A stretch of 63,574 nt of DNA, filler included, from Octopus bimaculoides (Eukaryota): assembly GCF_001194135.2 (NCBI RefSeq). It is 5 parts of 5 records of this genome, joined end to end, with 100 filler letters (N's around TTAATTAATTAA, not from the genome) between each part and the next. Parts side by side here need not be neighbours in the genome. Positions count along the whole stretch, not along the records: positions 1 to 27,281 come from NC_068993.1; 4 more parts are not named here. One strand, 5' to 3'. The notes beneath the pieces are model-generated. The model was given only the letters and a program-made list of their open reading frames with translations, made no database searches and was not told the DNA's origin. Positions 1-12,782 of the stretch are shown here, one piece after another (within the stretch, counting starts at the first letter, position 1; each line of letters starts with the position of its first letter). The position numbers and the translations under genes were made by a program.

Positions 1-1183
1 AGAATATTTTAAAATACTAGCATAATAATATTTTTTATATTTGAGCCAGGTGTACGGTCTAAATATCACCCTGGAAGGTATGTTTGTCAAATTTGGCCAA
101 ATATTTTGAGCTGGACTTTGATGAGAAAGACATATATATTGGCTGAAGCATCAATAATTTAATAATAAGTGGGTGGGAGACGGAGAGAAAGGGGAGGGAG
201 AGAGAAAAAGAGAGAGAGAGAAGGTGGGAGAAAGTTGATAGAAGAGGAAATAACACGCAAGAATGGAGAGGTAGCAAATGTTTGTTCCGATCCTCTACGT
301 TTTGCTTTTAATTTTCAGCAGATTTTATTTTTCTATTCGTTCTTTAGTAACCGATAAAATATATACTAGTCGTATGCTAATTTGGATTTAATGACTTATA
401 CTCACAAACTTGTGGCCATGGGAAAATTAACAAATCAATATTTATTTAATAGCTAGGAATTGCAATCTACCAATATTTTATGGTGTTAAACTAGTCAAAC
501 GGGACGAAATACTATCGTTTCCAGTTGTACTCTTCAGAGAAAAAATATATATGTCTGTCAACAACCAAAGGATGATGAAATATGGTTTGAAAAGTAATGT
601 ATAGGTGTGAGGTAGGTACCTGCATGACTCCATAATTTGAATAGTGCTCATGATCACGAGATGAAAGACTTAAGATCGAATGTCAATGATTAAATACTTG
701 TCAGTCGATCTAGTAGGTGGGGGCCTCACTTCAGTGCGATAGGGCCTGAGCGTTGTAAAGTCGTCGAGACGACCTTACAAGGGATCTCACCTGATGACCT
801 CTGAAACTTATGAGCGTTCAGTATTTGGAGCTTTCGATTAGCAGCACTTACACATACAAACCGTTTGCAAGTCTTTAAACCACCGACTCAGCAGTTGAGG
901 TTGACAACGTAGAACTATTTCGTTAGCATTGCTGGAATGGATTTCTACTTATTATTTTTTTTTTCACTAGCTTGGTTTGGATGTAGGGGCCGTGGCCATG
1001 ATCATCATAACCTCTCCGAGACAACCGGTGAAATTGATGCCTTTAATATTCTCTTGAGCCTTTTTCAAGTCAACTCATGCAGGAAACCAATAAACAGTAA
1101 TGGGATTTCAGAGGGCCGATGTTCCGTGAAGAAAGGATTGTGCATAGAAATGTGAGTATTGTGAGTCCCGAGAAGTTTGAACC

Positions 1184-1575
1184 CAGCGATGGATTAACCT
1201 TTAAGCAAAATAAGTATGTGCTTAGGGAATCAAGGGGAGTGGGGCACAAAAGGAATGACTTTAAACGTACTAAAATAATATTAAAACTAGTTTATATTAT
1301 TGGAAATGAAATTTCTAATTGTTCATAGTGTCACAGTGAGGATCTGATCAAAGACTTTGTAATTAAAAAGTTGGAGAAAACTTTTCAAATATGAATATAG
1401 TGAAAGTATACAAAAGTAAACATTATTTTTCATCTTACTGTTAGTTTTGTTTAATTTTGAAAAATAAAAATTTGTTTTATGGTTTATTATTGCTTATATT
1501 TTGAATTACATATATATGGGGGCACCAAAATGTTTTTAAGTGCTTAGGGCCTCTATATGTCTTAATCCGGCCCTG
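1184..1575. mobile_element. hAT-type MITE with imperfect TIRs and degenerate 8-bp TSD
   Basis: Left end CAGCGATGGATTAA (1184) matches the reverse complement of the right end, CAGGGCCGGATTAA (ends 1575), at 11/14. The 8-bp flanks TTTGAACC and GTTGGACC match 6/8. An 8-bp TSD is typical of hAT. Confidence 0.65.
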
Positions 1576-2308
1576 GTTGGACCCAAAAACTGCAAGATTA
1601 TTGTGCACAACTATTGTAGTACACAACACGATATAATGTCGATATAGATATCTTAAGGATGTCTATATGAAATTGTTAGAATATGTAATACAAGGTGTAT
1701 TAGACATTTTAACTGGTTAAGGCTCTGACGCATGAAGATAAAGTCGAAAGCCCTCCGTCACTGTTTGGTAAGTGAAGTGGGTAAAAAATGCAGTTTATAA
1801 TTAATGAGATCGAGGAAGGACAGAACTCCTAACAAGGGGCCTGGCTGGATGCTTCAATGATCGCGAGGCAGCAGGATAGGGGTGTAAATTTAGTAGGAGT
1901 ATTTATTGTTTAGTTTGGAGTAAGTTAGTTTGTATTCGGTGAGTGTGGGTGGATGGGAATGGGGCGGGTTGGTGAGAGAAAAGTCGTTGATGAAGGAGTT
2001 CCATAAAGCCATCGGGTGTAAGGAAGAAGGACTGAGGGAATAAAGTGCTTTGTTAAGGAAGTAAATCACAGTGTGATTGACGTCAGAGATAGGGGTAAGG
2101 AACTAAAGAGAGAGAGAGAGAGAGGGAGAGGAGGGGGAGGGGATGAGTGGTAGAAACAGGGAATTCAGCGGTCTGCGTGTGGTTAATAAGAAGCTATTGT
2201 AAGGGGAAACAGGTTCAAAATAAGGAAAAAGAAACGGATGGCAGTTTTAGTTATGGTTGAAGACAATGAAGTCAGTACACGAGAAGCTGAACAGTGAACA
2301 GGAGAAAG

Positions 2309-2344
<36 letters not shown>

Positions 2345-2449
2345 GGTGAAGAAGAAAAAGAACAACAGTTACAATTACAACGACAACTAGAACTAACATA
2401 AGAACTAGTGCGACAACAACAATAGATAGATAGATAGATAAATAGATAA

Positions 2450-2481
<32 letters not shown>

Positions 2482-2775
2482 GGTTGGGGAAAGTAGAAGG
2501 AGATGAGATAAGGGTTCTAGGGAGGCGCGTAATGTAAACAAATGAGAAGTAACAACGTACCAATGAATAAATAAAATAATAAAGGGTAAGGGCCCTTAAA
2601 TTACTGAAGTTGTTTGAATAAGGGGTGGCTGGGAGATAGGATGGTCGGGTGGATGTTGTGATAGATTGAGGGGGGTTGAGTCGAAAGAACAACTGGAGAA
2701 CAATGACACTAGTTACACATAAACACTCACACACAGACACACGTACACACAAACACAAACACACACATACACACA

Positions 2776-2827
<52 letters not shown>

Positions 2828-3155
2828 GAAACACATACGCATACTCACGCGCGCCCAAACACACATACATGGACTTACACGCTCATACATATACAAACAC
2901 ACACATACGTACACACATAAACACACACACACATATATGTATATATATGNNNNNNNNNNNNNNNNNNNNNNNNNNNNNNNNNNNNNNNNNNNNNNNNNNN
3001 NNNNNNNNNNNNNNNNNNNNNNNNNNNNNNNNNNNNNNNNNNNNNNNNNNNNNNNNNNNNNNNNNNNNNNNNNNNNNNNNNNNNNNNNNNNNNNNNNNNN
3101 NNNNNNNNNNNNNNNNNNNNNNNNNNNNNNNNNNNNNNNNNNNNNNNNNNNNNNN

Positions 3156-3203
3156 ATATTAGGGACAAAATCCAAAATTACAGGTAAAAACTCAATTAAA
3201 ATC
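3156..3203 (+). repeat. Short (TA)n-associated interspersed repeat end (family F), copy 1
   Basis: ATATTAGGGACAAAATCCAAAATTACAGGTAAAAACTCAATTAAAATC. Near-identical reverse-complement copies lie at 60451-60497 and 62205-62253. Confidence 0.7.
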
Positions 3204-3245
3204 TTTGCTAATGTGTGTGTGTGCGTCTGTTTATGTGTGTGTTTG

Positions 3246-3279
<34 letters not shown>

Positions 3280-3994
3280 CAAACACACACATAAACAGAC
3301 GCACACACACAAACACACACACACATTAGCAAAGAATCGCTGTTTCGAAGTTTCGATTCATTCGTCTTCGCTTCAGTTCGAACACCGCATGCTCCTTTTA
3401 GTTTTTGTTGCATATACGCATCAGTTAATAACTAAACAATAACGGGAATACGCTGTTTGGTGGCGTTGATTTTGTAATTAGTGAGCGATGAAAACTATAG
3501 AATACACCATACAGTTTATGAATTAATTGTATACTAGAAAGTATTTTTAACCATGCTTATATACAATTTTCTAGTTATAACCCCTAAAGAGAACATGTTG
3601 CTCTTACAACGGTTGTAATTAATTGTGTGTGAGAGAGAAAGTGCGTGCTAGTAGTGTACGTGTGCGTAAGTATCCTTGCGAACACACAAACACAAACACA
3701 CACACATATATACATACACACACAACTATGTGTTTGTGCAAGTAAGTGTAAACGTATGAAACGTGTGTGTGTGTGTGTGTGTGTGTATGTATGCGTGTGT
3801 GAATGCATATATATATACTTCTATATATATATATATATGCATATATAATGTATTTATGTATATGTATAGATATATGTATATACACACACATGTACATACA
3901 TATATAAATACATGTATGTTTGCATTTTTATACGCACACCCGTACACTCAAATTCATACACACATGTACACATCTAAATTTGTATACTTGTATA

Positions 3995-4036
<42 letters not shown>

Positions 4037-4412
4037 TGTATGTATGCATGCATGTATGTATCTGTAGACTTGTAAGTTGTGCTGCTGTTTTGTTAGTGTT
4101 ACTTTCTCTTTTTATTAATGTTGTGTACTTTTGTTGCTATTGTTCTTGATTATATTTATTTGTGTTGTTTTTGTTGTTGCTGTTGTTGCTGTTGCTGTTG
4201 TTGTTGTTGTTGTTGTTGTTGTTATTGTTCTTATAGATTCTGTTTATTTATTCATGCCATCTTATCCAATTTCAAGCGAATGTAACATTGTCACTGGATC
4301 ATAAAGCCAGGAATAACAGAGAAGTCAGATATGGTATAGAGTTGTAGAGCAAGAGAGAGATAATGATGTAAGAAGGAGAGAAAGAGAAAGAAAGAGATGG
4401 GGGAGAGAAAGA

Positions 4413-4446
<34 letters not shown>

Positions 4447-4601
4447 GAGNNNNNNNNNNAGAGGGAGAGAGAGAGAGAGAGAGAGAGAAAGAAAGGCGTG
4501 TGTATGTATGTGAGAGAGAAGGGGAAGTGTGATATAGTATATGTGAGAAGGAATGTACGTGTATATGTACATTAGAGAGAGAAGGGGGCAGAGAGAGGGG
4601 T

Positions 4602-4648
<47 letters not shown>

Positions 4649-4792
4649 GGTGAAGAGATAGAGAGAGAGAGAGGGGAGTAGAGAGACAGAGAAATAGAGA
4701 GAGGGAGAGAAGGAGAGAGGAAAAGAGAATAGAAAGAATGGGAAACAAAGAGACAAGATTATAAAGGTTGCGCATATGCATGTAAACATATA

Positions 4793-4831
<39 letters not shown>

Positions 4832-4884
4832 TTGTGTGTGTGAGTGTGGATGGGTGGATGTAGGTGAGTAGGTTTGTATGTATG

Positions 4885-4915
<31 letters not shown>

Positions 4916-4940
4916 CTTTGTGTGTGTATGCATGTATGTA

Positions 4941-4974
<34 letters not shown>

Positions 4975-5231
4975 AGGATAGATGAGGGGGTAAAGAATGA
5001 AAAAGAGAGGGGGAGATAATAGAATTACGTAATGAAAATGAAATGAGAGATCGAAGTGTTAATAAAAGTAACAGAGTCAAACTTGCAAGATCTTTCCGTG
5101 TCTGTAAACAGCCGGCAAAAGAAATTTGGGATACTAGTTCAATATCAGGTGTGTGCCAAGTCAGCCCGACCCAGTTCTGGGTTCTTTAGATCTCCAGTCA
5201 GTGTTTTTTTACATTACAACTCGTATTAAAT

Positions 5232-5930
5232 AACTTAAGATATCTTAGATGTTTTTCGGCCAAAAATTGGCTGAGGCCATGTCTAACTTAATGCCACCAT
5301 CTGACAGGATCTGTTAAGTCCTTTTTAAGTCAAGGTTTGTAGTATCATGGCTCATGCAAGCAGAAAGTTGTTCTTGATTGAGATGTATCCAGATTTAAGT
5401 TGCTTATCTGGTATCCCTCGAAGAAATTTATTCAGGTTTCGTTTGAAAGCGATGGGATCTCTTTCTTCTTTGATTTGTTTTGGGACTGTTCAGGAAAAGA
5501 AATTGTGTTGCAATGAATTTATCTGTTGTAGTCCTGAATTGTGTAGGAGGGCTATGACACGTAGATCCAGCCTTGGATGAATTCTGAATCTAATATTAAG
5601 GTCGTTTGGCCAACGCTGATGGTATATTCTCCACCTTGTGTAAATGATGTAATGCTCACGGCGGCACTGGAGGGAATAAAGTTTCAATGTTCTAAGACGG
5701 TCCCAATAATCAAGATAAGTCATGCCCTTAATTTTTCTAGTGAAAGCTCTCTGGAGTGACTCAATTTTCGTAATATTTTGTCTTGTGTGGAGAGACCACA
5801 AGGGGCAAATTATATTATCTGTATATTTATGTATATAATGGACTCTATGTGCCTGATTTAACTGACACGCTAGTGAGAGATAGAGATTGTTTTAGTGATC
5901 TGACTTAAGGTATATTCTCACATCACTTAC
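5232..5930 (-). mobile_element. CR1-group LINE, 5'-truncated 3' fragment (ORF2 C-terminus plus 3'UTR), decayed
   Basis: Minus-strand translation WSLHTRQNITKIESLQRAFTRKIKGMTYLDYWDRLRTLKLYSLQCRREHYIIY matches the CR1/L2-group post-RT motif (IE.VQRR.T..I.G...L.Y.ERL..L.L.SL..RR). It continues as VPKQIKEERDPIAFKRNLNKFLRGIPD. The 3'UTR ends in a CATGGCC-CAG-stem-loop-GAAAAAC motif at 5251-5298. Confidence 0.85.
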
Positions 5931-5972
5931 CATTGTTTTTTTACACACATACTCATACACATACGCTCACAA

Positions 5973-6074
<102 letters not shown>

Positions 6075-6230
6075 CCATACATACACAAACACACAAGTGT
6101 GCGAACCATAAATCGAAATAGTTCAAATTCATTCAACGATGCGCATCTTGGACAGTCAAGTACTGAAGCTATTAGATAAGAGAAAATAATTAAAATTACT
6201 AAATTATACATATCCGCACGCGCGTGAACA

Positions 6231-6266
<36 letters not shown>

Positions 6267-6683
6267 AGATGTAATACACCTGAATATTTAGATAACGACA
6301 CAGTCTACCATAGTCTGTCTGTGCAAACTTACCGCAAGTAATTCGACAGACATACGTAGGCTCTATTTCTACGACTTTAAAACAACGCCTCAACAACCAC
6401 ACTCATATACTTAGGAGTCAGAATCGAAAAAAATGAAACGTCACTTTCGAAATTTATTGGGGAGTTAAAAGAAAAAATACAAACAAACTGCACACTTAAA
6501 TGGAAAATAGTATCCCGGGTTAAATCCTATTCCGATAACAAGAGTCTGTCAGATTTATGGCCAGTCGAAAAAAGCTTAGCTTACTACAGCACCCCAAAAT
6601 CCTACTCCACTACAAACTTTGAATGCTACTCCGTAGATACAAAGAGTACAAAGAACTTTATCACTAACTCATTAGCCAGGTAG
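6267..6683 (+). mobile_element. Penelope-like element, GIY-YIG endonuclease remnant (frameshifted)
   Basis: Translation across frameshifts reads ...DTVYH / YVGSISTTLKQRLNNH / KNETSLSKFIGELKEK...LKWKIVSRVKSY...EK, stop at 6681-6683. This fits the PLE endonuclease pattern VY..YIG....FK.R..NH...T.LS..IW.LK....W.I. Confidence 0.75.
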
Positions 6684-6950
6684 TGTAGATTCCAGTCGAA
6701 AAGTTTTACTAAACACTCCGTCACCTCCTGGAAATCTTTACTTGCTGTGATACCATTCTTTATATTGACTCAATACTTTTTATGTTTCATATATGTACGG
6801 TGTTCTTTTTTTCAACTTTAATTGTCTTAGTACCCCGATGCTAATACAATTTTCATTTACTATTTTCTCAAACTTTTGTTCTTTCTGTACTTTGTACTCT
6901 TATGTGGTTCTGCATACCCTGAGTGTATACCATACTTTATTTAACTTTGC

Positions 6951-7132
6951 TTTTCTTGTTTCAGTCATGTTGCGGCACCACCTTGAAGGGTTTACTGGAA
7001 CAAATCGACCTCAGCACTTATTTTTTAGGCTTGTTACTCATCCTATCAGTCCCTTTTGCCGAACCACTAAATTACATGGACGTAAACAAACCAACACAAG
7101 TTGAAAATTGATGGTGGGAAACGCACACAAAG

Positions 7133-7167
<35 letters not shown>

Positions 7168-7339
7168 CATATGCGAGGAATTTCTTTCAGTTTCCCCCTA
7201 CTGAATCAACTGATATGGTTTTGGTTGGCCTAGGGCTATCCGTAGAAGACATTTGCCCTAGGTGCCGCGCAGTGGAACTGAACCCAATACCAGATGATTG
7301 AGAAGAACGCTTTTTAACCACACAGCTACGCCTGCGCCT
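6951..7339 (-). mobile_element. SINE family A, full length, diverged
   Basis: On the minus strand: tRNA-like head (AGGCGCAGGCGTAGCTGTGTGGTT...GGTTCAGTTCCAC), CORE-like middle, internal (CA/TG)n, and a 3' half ending GACTGAAACAAG. Confidence 0.85.
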
Positions 7340-8240
7340 ATTAGATTTTCTGTTTTTACCTATCATTACTTCATCATATAAACACCGCCTCACACACTTT
7401 TCAGTTTAGTTTATTTTTACATTAATATTTTCAAAGCTTTAGCTTTTAATGTAATTCAATGTTAATTTATACCTACCACATACCTCGATATTATATCTCC
7501 TCGCCCCGTTTTCTTCACTTAAATTTTCCATTTGTATTCATTTATACTCCAACCTCTTCCATATGCCCTCCTCTCTGCAGATACTTAATTGCTAATTATT
7601 TAATTATCTTTTGTTGCAATTATTCCATTTTCACTCTTATCTATTAAACCTGTATTTTACATTCACAGTAGTACCAGTCACTGGAGTACTCCAGGCATCA
7701 CCACCACCAACTTTTCTCTTCTTTCACATCTATTTACATATCCTCGTGGGTTTAATTTTTCTTCTCCCCTCTCCTTTCTTCTTACATCGGTTCCTCCTCT
7801 TTTTCTCCATTTTCCTCGTCTTATCCTCCTCCTGCATCTTCTCCTCGTTGTTACAGTTGCTGTTCTTCATTTCTCTCTGTCTTCATTAGCATCATCATCA
7901 TCATCGTCATCATTATTATCGTCGTCGTCGTCATCGTCATCGTCATCACTGTATCATCGACATCGTAGTCATCGTCATCATCGTCATCATCATCATCATC
8001 ATCATCGTCATCGTCTTATTATCATCCTCATCTGCTTTTTCTTTTTTCTTCTTTTACTGTTGCATCCCTCACTCTCGTCGTCTTCGTCGTCGTCGTCGTC
8101 ATCGTCGTCGTCGTCGTCGTCCTCCTCCTCCACCTCCTCTTCCTCCTTTTCCTTCACCACAGCCTTCTCCTCCTTCTTCCCCACCTCCCTCTCCGTCTCC
8201 TCCCCTTTTCACCTTCATCATCATCTTCTCTTCATCCCCT

Positions 8241-8351
8241 CCTCCTCCTCTTCCACCTGCTCCTCCTCTTCCACCTGCTCCTCCTCTTCCACCTGCTCCT
8301 CCTCTTNNNNNNNNNNTTCCACCTGCTCCTCTTCTTCCACCTGCTCCTCCT
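8241..8351. repeat. 18-bp minisatellite (CTCCTCCTCTTCCACCTG)n inside a pyrimidine-rich low-complexity tract
   Basis: About five to six tandem units, interrupted by a 10-N gap. Confidence 0.8.
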
Positions 8352-8996
8352 CTCCTTTCTCCTCCTTAGTTCCACTATCCATCACCACCCCCACACATAC
8401 ATCCCCAAACATCTTCCTCCTATAAGTTAATATGTTTGCTCACAAACCTAAACCCCCACTCAACTATCCTTTGTTACTGTCACCATAACCCAATCAAACT
8501 TCTCTAGCCACTCAAAATGTTTCACCTACAAGACAAAGACTGCATCCCTATAAAAAGGTATTTTATGCACCAACAAACATATATCTACAAACGATCATGT
8601 CGGTTCAGTTGCCATTACACCCCATCACCCAGTCCCCTCAAAGTAACACTTGACTTCATCGACTGACACATGAGACTGAAACACCTTTATAGTCTCTTGT
8701 GACTTTTTTCTATATTACAAAAGCAGACATCAATTTTTACATATTCCAAATATCACGTTTCGGAATGGGATCCACTGCACAATATCTAGAGCTGACCAAT
8801 GCTGTGTGAATGAATTTGCTTGAGAGAAACTGTGGTGGCCCGTCGTTTACACACACACACACACAGACACACACACACATGCGATTACTTCGATTTGATA
8901 GAAAGAACGAGTTTAATGTACAGCACAAACATTTGATCACTATAAACAGTTCGACAAAAGCCGAATGCTCATACGTCGTCTTCGACGAGAGAGTCT

Positions 8997-9032
<36 letters not shown>

Positions 9033-9690
9033 NNNNNNNNNNNNNNNNNNNNNNNNNNNNNNNNNNNNNNNNNNNNNNNNNNNNNNNNNNNNNNNNNNNN
9101 NNNNNNNNNNNNNNNNNNNNNNNNNNNNNNNNNNNNNNNNNNNNNNNNNNNNNNNNNNNNNNNNNNNNNNNNNNNNNNNNNNNNNNNNNNNNNNNNNNNN
9201 NNNNNNNNNNNNNNNNNNNNNNNNNNNNNNNNNNNNNNNNNNNNNNNNNNNNNNNNNNNNNNNNNNNNNNNNNNNNNNNNNNNNNNNNNNNNNNNNNNNN
9301 NNNNNNNNNNNNNNNNNNNNNNNNNNNNNNNNNNNNNNNNNNNNNNNNNNNNNNNNNNNNNNNNNNNNNNNNNNNNNNNNNNNNNNNNNNNNNNNNNNNN
9401 NNNNNNNNNNNNNNNNNNNNNNNNNNNNNNNNNNNNNNNNNNNNNNNNNNNNNNNNNNNNNNNNNNNNNNNNNNNNNNNNNNNNNNNNNNNNNNNNNNNN
9501 NNNNNNNNNNNNNNNNNNNNNNNNNNNNNNNNNNNNNNNNNNNNNNNNNNNNNNNNNNNNNNNNNNNNNNNNNNNNNNNNNNNNNNNNNNNNNNNNNNNN
9601 NNNNNNNNNNNNNNNNNNNNNNNNNNNNNNNNNNNNNNNNNNNNNNNNNNNNNNNNNNNNNNNNNNNNNNNNNNNNNNNNNNNNNNNNNN

Positions 9691-9752
<62 letters not shown>

Positions 9753-10168
9753 CTTATTAAACTGAGCAAAAGAACCCTAACTACCATTTCAAAATATTTC
9801 ACAATCCAAGCATTTTTTTTCGCGAAATGAAACTGAGTGGGAATAAGAAAGAACCAAGTAAGTAATCGATAATGAATAGTCATTTGCATTTGTATCGTTA
9901 ATCAATCAAAGCTTGACAAATAATTAAAATATTTCCACTTATTTCTTCGAAATATCTGCCTCATCTTCATTTCCGTCCGAAGATAGGCATCAAGAATCTC
10001 TGAGTTTAGATCTGTGAATTTTCAGTTTGTAGTATGTATGTATGTATGTATGTATGTATGTATGTATGTATGTATGTATGTATGTATGTATGCATGCATG
10101 TATGTATGTATGTATGCATGTATGTATGTTTATATGCATGTATGTATGTATGTATGTATGTATGTATG

Positions 10169-10398
10169 TCTCTTCTGTATTTCATCATTTAAATTCTTCC
10201 TCTGAAGAAGATGGTTTCGAACAAAGATACAAAACTCCGTTATTGGAATATAAATGGTGAAAACAATGTCACATTTTAACCTGAGAAAAGTCTTCCATAG
10301 TTTTACTGTTCCACTTACAGATTGTATTTTTCTGAAAATCCAAGTTTATCCAGATTGACAGTTAGGCATTTAGCTTATCCGGACTGACTGTTGGGCAT
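10169..10398 (-). mobile_element. RLE-type (R4/HERO-like) LINE, short 3' fragment, copy 2
   Basis: Homologous to 10479-10760 and translates NLDKLGFSEKIQSVSGTVKLWKTFL. Flanked on both sides by (TATG)n. Confidence 0.7.
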
Positions 10399-10478
10399 TA
10401 TGTATGTATGTATGTATGTATGTATGTATGTATGTATGTATGTATGTATGTATGTATGTACGTACGTACGTATGTATG

Positions 10479-11224
10479 TTCGCTTCTTTTTTTAATTATT
10501 TAAATTGTTCCTCAGAGGAAGGAGCTGGTTTCAGAGGAAGGAGTTGGTTTCGAATGAAGATAAAACACTCAATCGATGGAATGTAGAAATCAAAAGCAAT
10601 GTCACCTTTTAAATTTGAGAAAAGTCTTACATATTTTTACTGTTCCGCTTACAATTTGTATTTATAATGTGCTAATTGGTTGATTACTTTTTCTGAAAAC
10701 TGTTGCTTGTTTAGATTGTGACTTACGCATTTACTCACAGAGCCAAGTGTACAAATTATTATTGGTATAAATGTGAATTTATAATCTGGATGTAGAAGCT
10801 GGAGATTTAGAAGCAGTTTCCATAGGTATCCTTTTCCACTTTGATATTCAAAGGCATTCACGTCAGCAGGATAAGTAACCTCTATGAAGGTACATTCTTT
10901 TTCTTGTCTGTCCCAAACAACAATATCCGGTCTGTTACGTTCACAGATGTTTAACCAGTATTTTTTGAGTGGATGTTTGAGTACATATGAAAAATAGGGG
11001 AACACAGTCTTTTTTTCCGAATGGCCTTGTATATTGCTTTAGCGACAACGTCATGTCGTATAGGTAGTGCTTTGATGACATTTTTGGGCAGCTGCGAATC
11101 AAATGTATGATGCTTTCCACAGAAATATGATATAATCTACATTTTCGGTTGCATCTTGGAACTCCAAGGGCTTTGCTGTCTCTTTTGTTTATTAGATATT
11201 TTGTAGCACTTTGTTCTTCACACG
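10479..11224 (-). mobile_element. RLE-type (R4/HERO-like) non-LTR retrotransposon, 5'-truncated, copy 1
   Basis: Frameshifted translation: EQSATKYLINKRD...KCRLYHISVESIIHLIRSCPKMSSKHYL/RHDVVAKAIYKAIRKK (CCHC-knuckle region with RHD), NRPDIVVWDRQEKECTFIEV (PD..D/E nuclease), PIIICTLGSV, IQIVSGTVKICKTFL. The 3' end abuts (CATA)n. Confidence 0.85.
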
Positions 11225-11283
11225 TATACATACACACACGCATGCACCAACACACACACATGCACGTACACACGCACATGCAC

Positions 11284-11321
<38 letters not shown>

Positions 11322-11430
11322 ACACTCACACACACATACACACATACACCATACACACAGAGACACGCACATATCGCTTGTAAATAACATAGATCCGAAA
11401 GAAGAAGCACACTCTAAGATAGAGAGCAGT

Positions 11431-11630
11431 ATAAATTAAAAATGGGGAAGACCGGTTTATGGAATTACCTTAGGTCTTCCGTGCATAAAGGGTTTAGCCT
11501 TATGGCGTATCGTCAGATCCCAAAAAGCTGTTGGCCCAAGGCCTCTTAAGAATATGGAGAAAGCTAACCCCTTTATGGACAGGGAAACCTAAGGTAATTC
11601 CCTAAACTAGTCTTCCCCATTTTTAATATA
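11431..11630. mobile_element. 200-bp foldback element with about 68-bp inverted arms next to (TA)n
   Basis: The arm at 11431-11498 (ATAAATTAAAAATGGGGAAGACCGGTTTATGGAATTACCTTAGG...GGTTTAGC) is the near-perfect reverse complement of 11563-11630. Confidence 0.8.
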
Positions 11631-12560
11631 TATGTGTATATATATATGTATGTTTTGATGTGAGCATTGTATACGGTTGTCTATATCTTTATGTATAAAC
11701 ATACATCAAAACATATACATAATTTGATGGCAAGCTTGACACGCTGGGATGCACATATACATGCATGTATACGTCATGTACACATATAATGAAACGGCAC
11801 AAATAGACCTTCAAAATATCTATTCACACACACGCACGCACACACACACATACACAGACATACGCATACTCACACACGCACACTCACACACGCAGATTCA
11901 CACACGCACACTCACACACGCACACTCACATACGCACACTCACACACACACTAGCTTTTGAGCGGAGATGGTGTCGTCAAAAAGATGGGAAGATTAGACA
12001 GTTCTCGATCTATTGAGAGTTGTATAAACAAACACGGTAAGCTGGGCTGTCATGATGCAACGGCAGAATTACATGAAAGTAGGGTGGGGCACATGGCAGT
12101 TGTTGGTGTTGTTTTTGTCACCGTCTTCGTTGTTGTTCTTGTTGTTGCTATGGGTATCTCGGTGTGAGTTTCTTCTATACGTATATGTATGTCTTTTGAA
12201 TGTGTGCGTGAATGTCTGGATGTATGTAGTGTGGGGGCTTTCCCGTACATTATATNNNNNNNNNNNNNNNNNNNNNNNNNNNNNNNNNNNNNNNNNNNNN
12301 NNNNNNNNNNNNNNNNNNNNNNNNNNNNNNNNNNNNNNNNNNNNNNNNNNNNNNNNNNNNNNNNNNNNNNNNNNNNNNNNNNNNNNNNNNNNNNNNNNNN
12401 NNNNNNNNNNNNNNNNNNNNNNNNNNNNNNNNNNNNNNNNNNNNNNNNNNNNNNNNNNNNNNNNNNNNNNNNNNNNNNNNNNNNNNNNNNNNNNNNNNNN
12501 NNNNNNNNNNNNNNNNNNNNNNNNNTGTGTATATAATATATATATATATATATCTGTTAT

Positions 12561-12782
12561 CCTTCACTTGTTTCAGTCATTAGACTGCAGCCATGATGAG
12601 GCATCGCCTTGAAGGATTTTAGTCAAACGAACCGATTCTAGTATTTATTTTTCTTTAAAGCCTGGTGCATATCGATCACATTCGCCGAACCGCTAAGTTA
12701 CCGGGGCCGTAAATACACCAACACCGGCTGTCAAGCGGAGATGGGGACAAATACTGACACAAAGACACACACACACACACAC
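12561..12782 (-). mobile_element. SINE family A, 3' half
   Basis: Reverse complement of the family A 3' half (CCGCTTGACAGCCGGTGTTGGTG...GACTGAAACAAG), ending at the internal (CA)n. Confidence 0.8.

Noticed and set aside
10195-10560. CTGAAGA/CTGAGGA and GAAAC motifs in the RLE LINE 3'UTR
   Set aside because: Wrong order or GAAC instead of GAAA, and no consistent stems.
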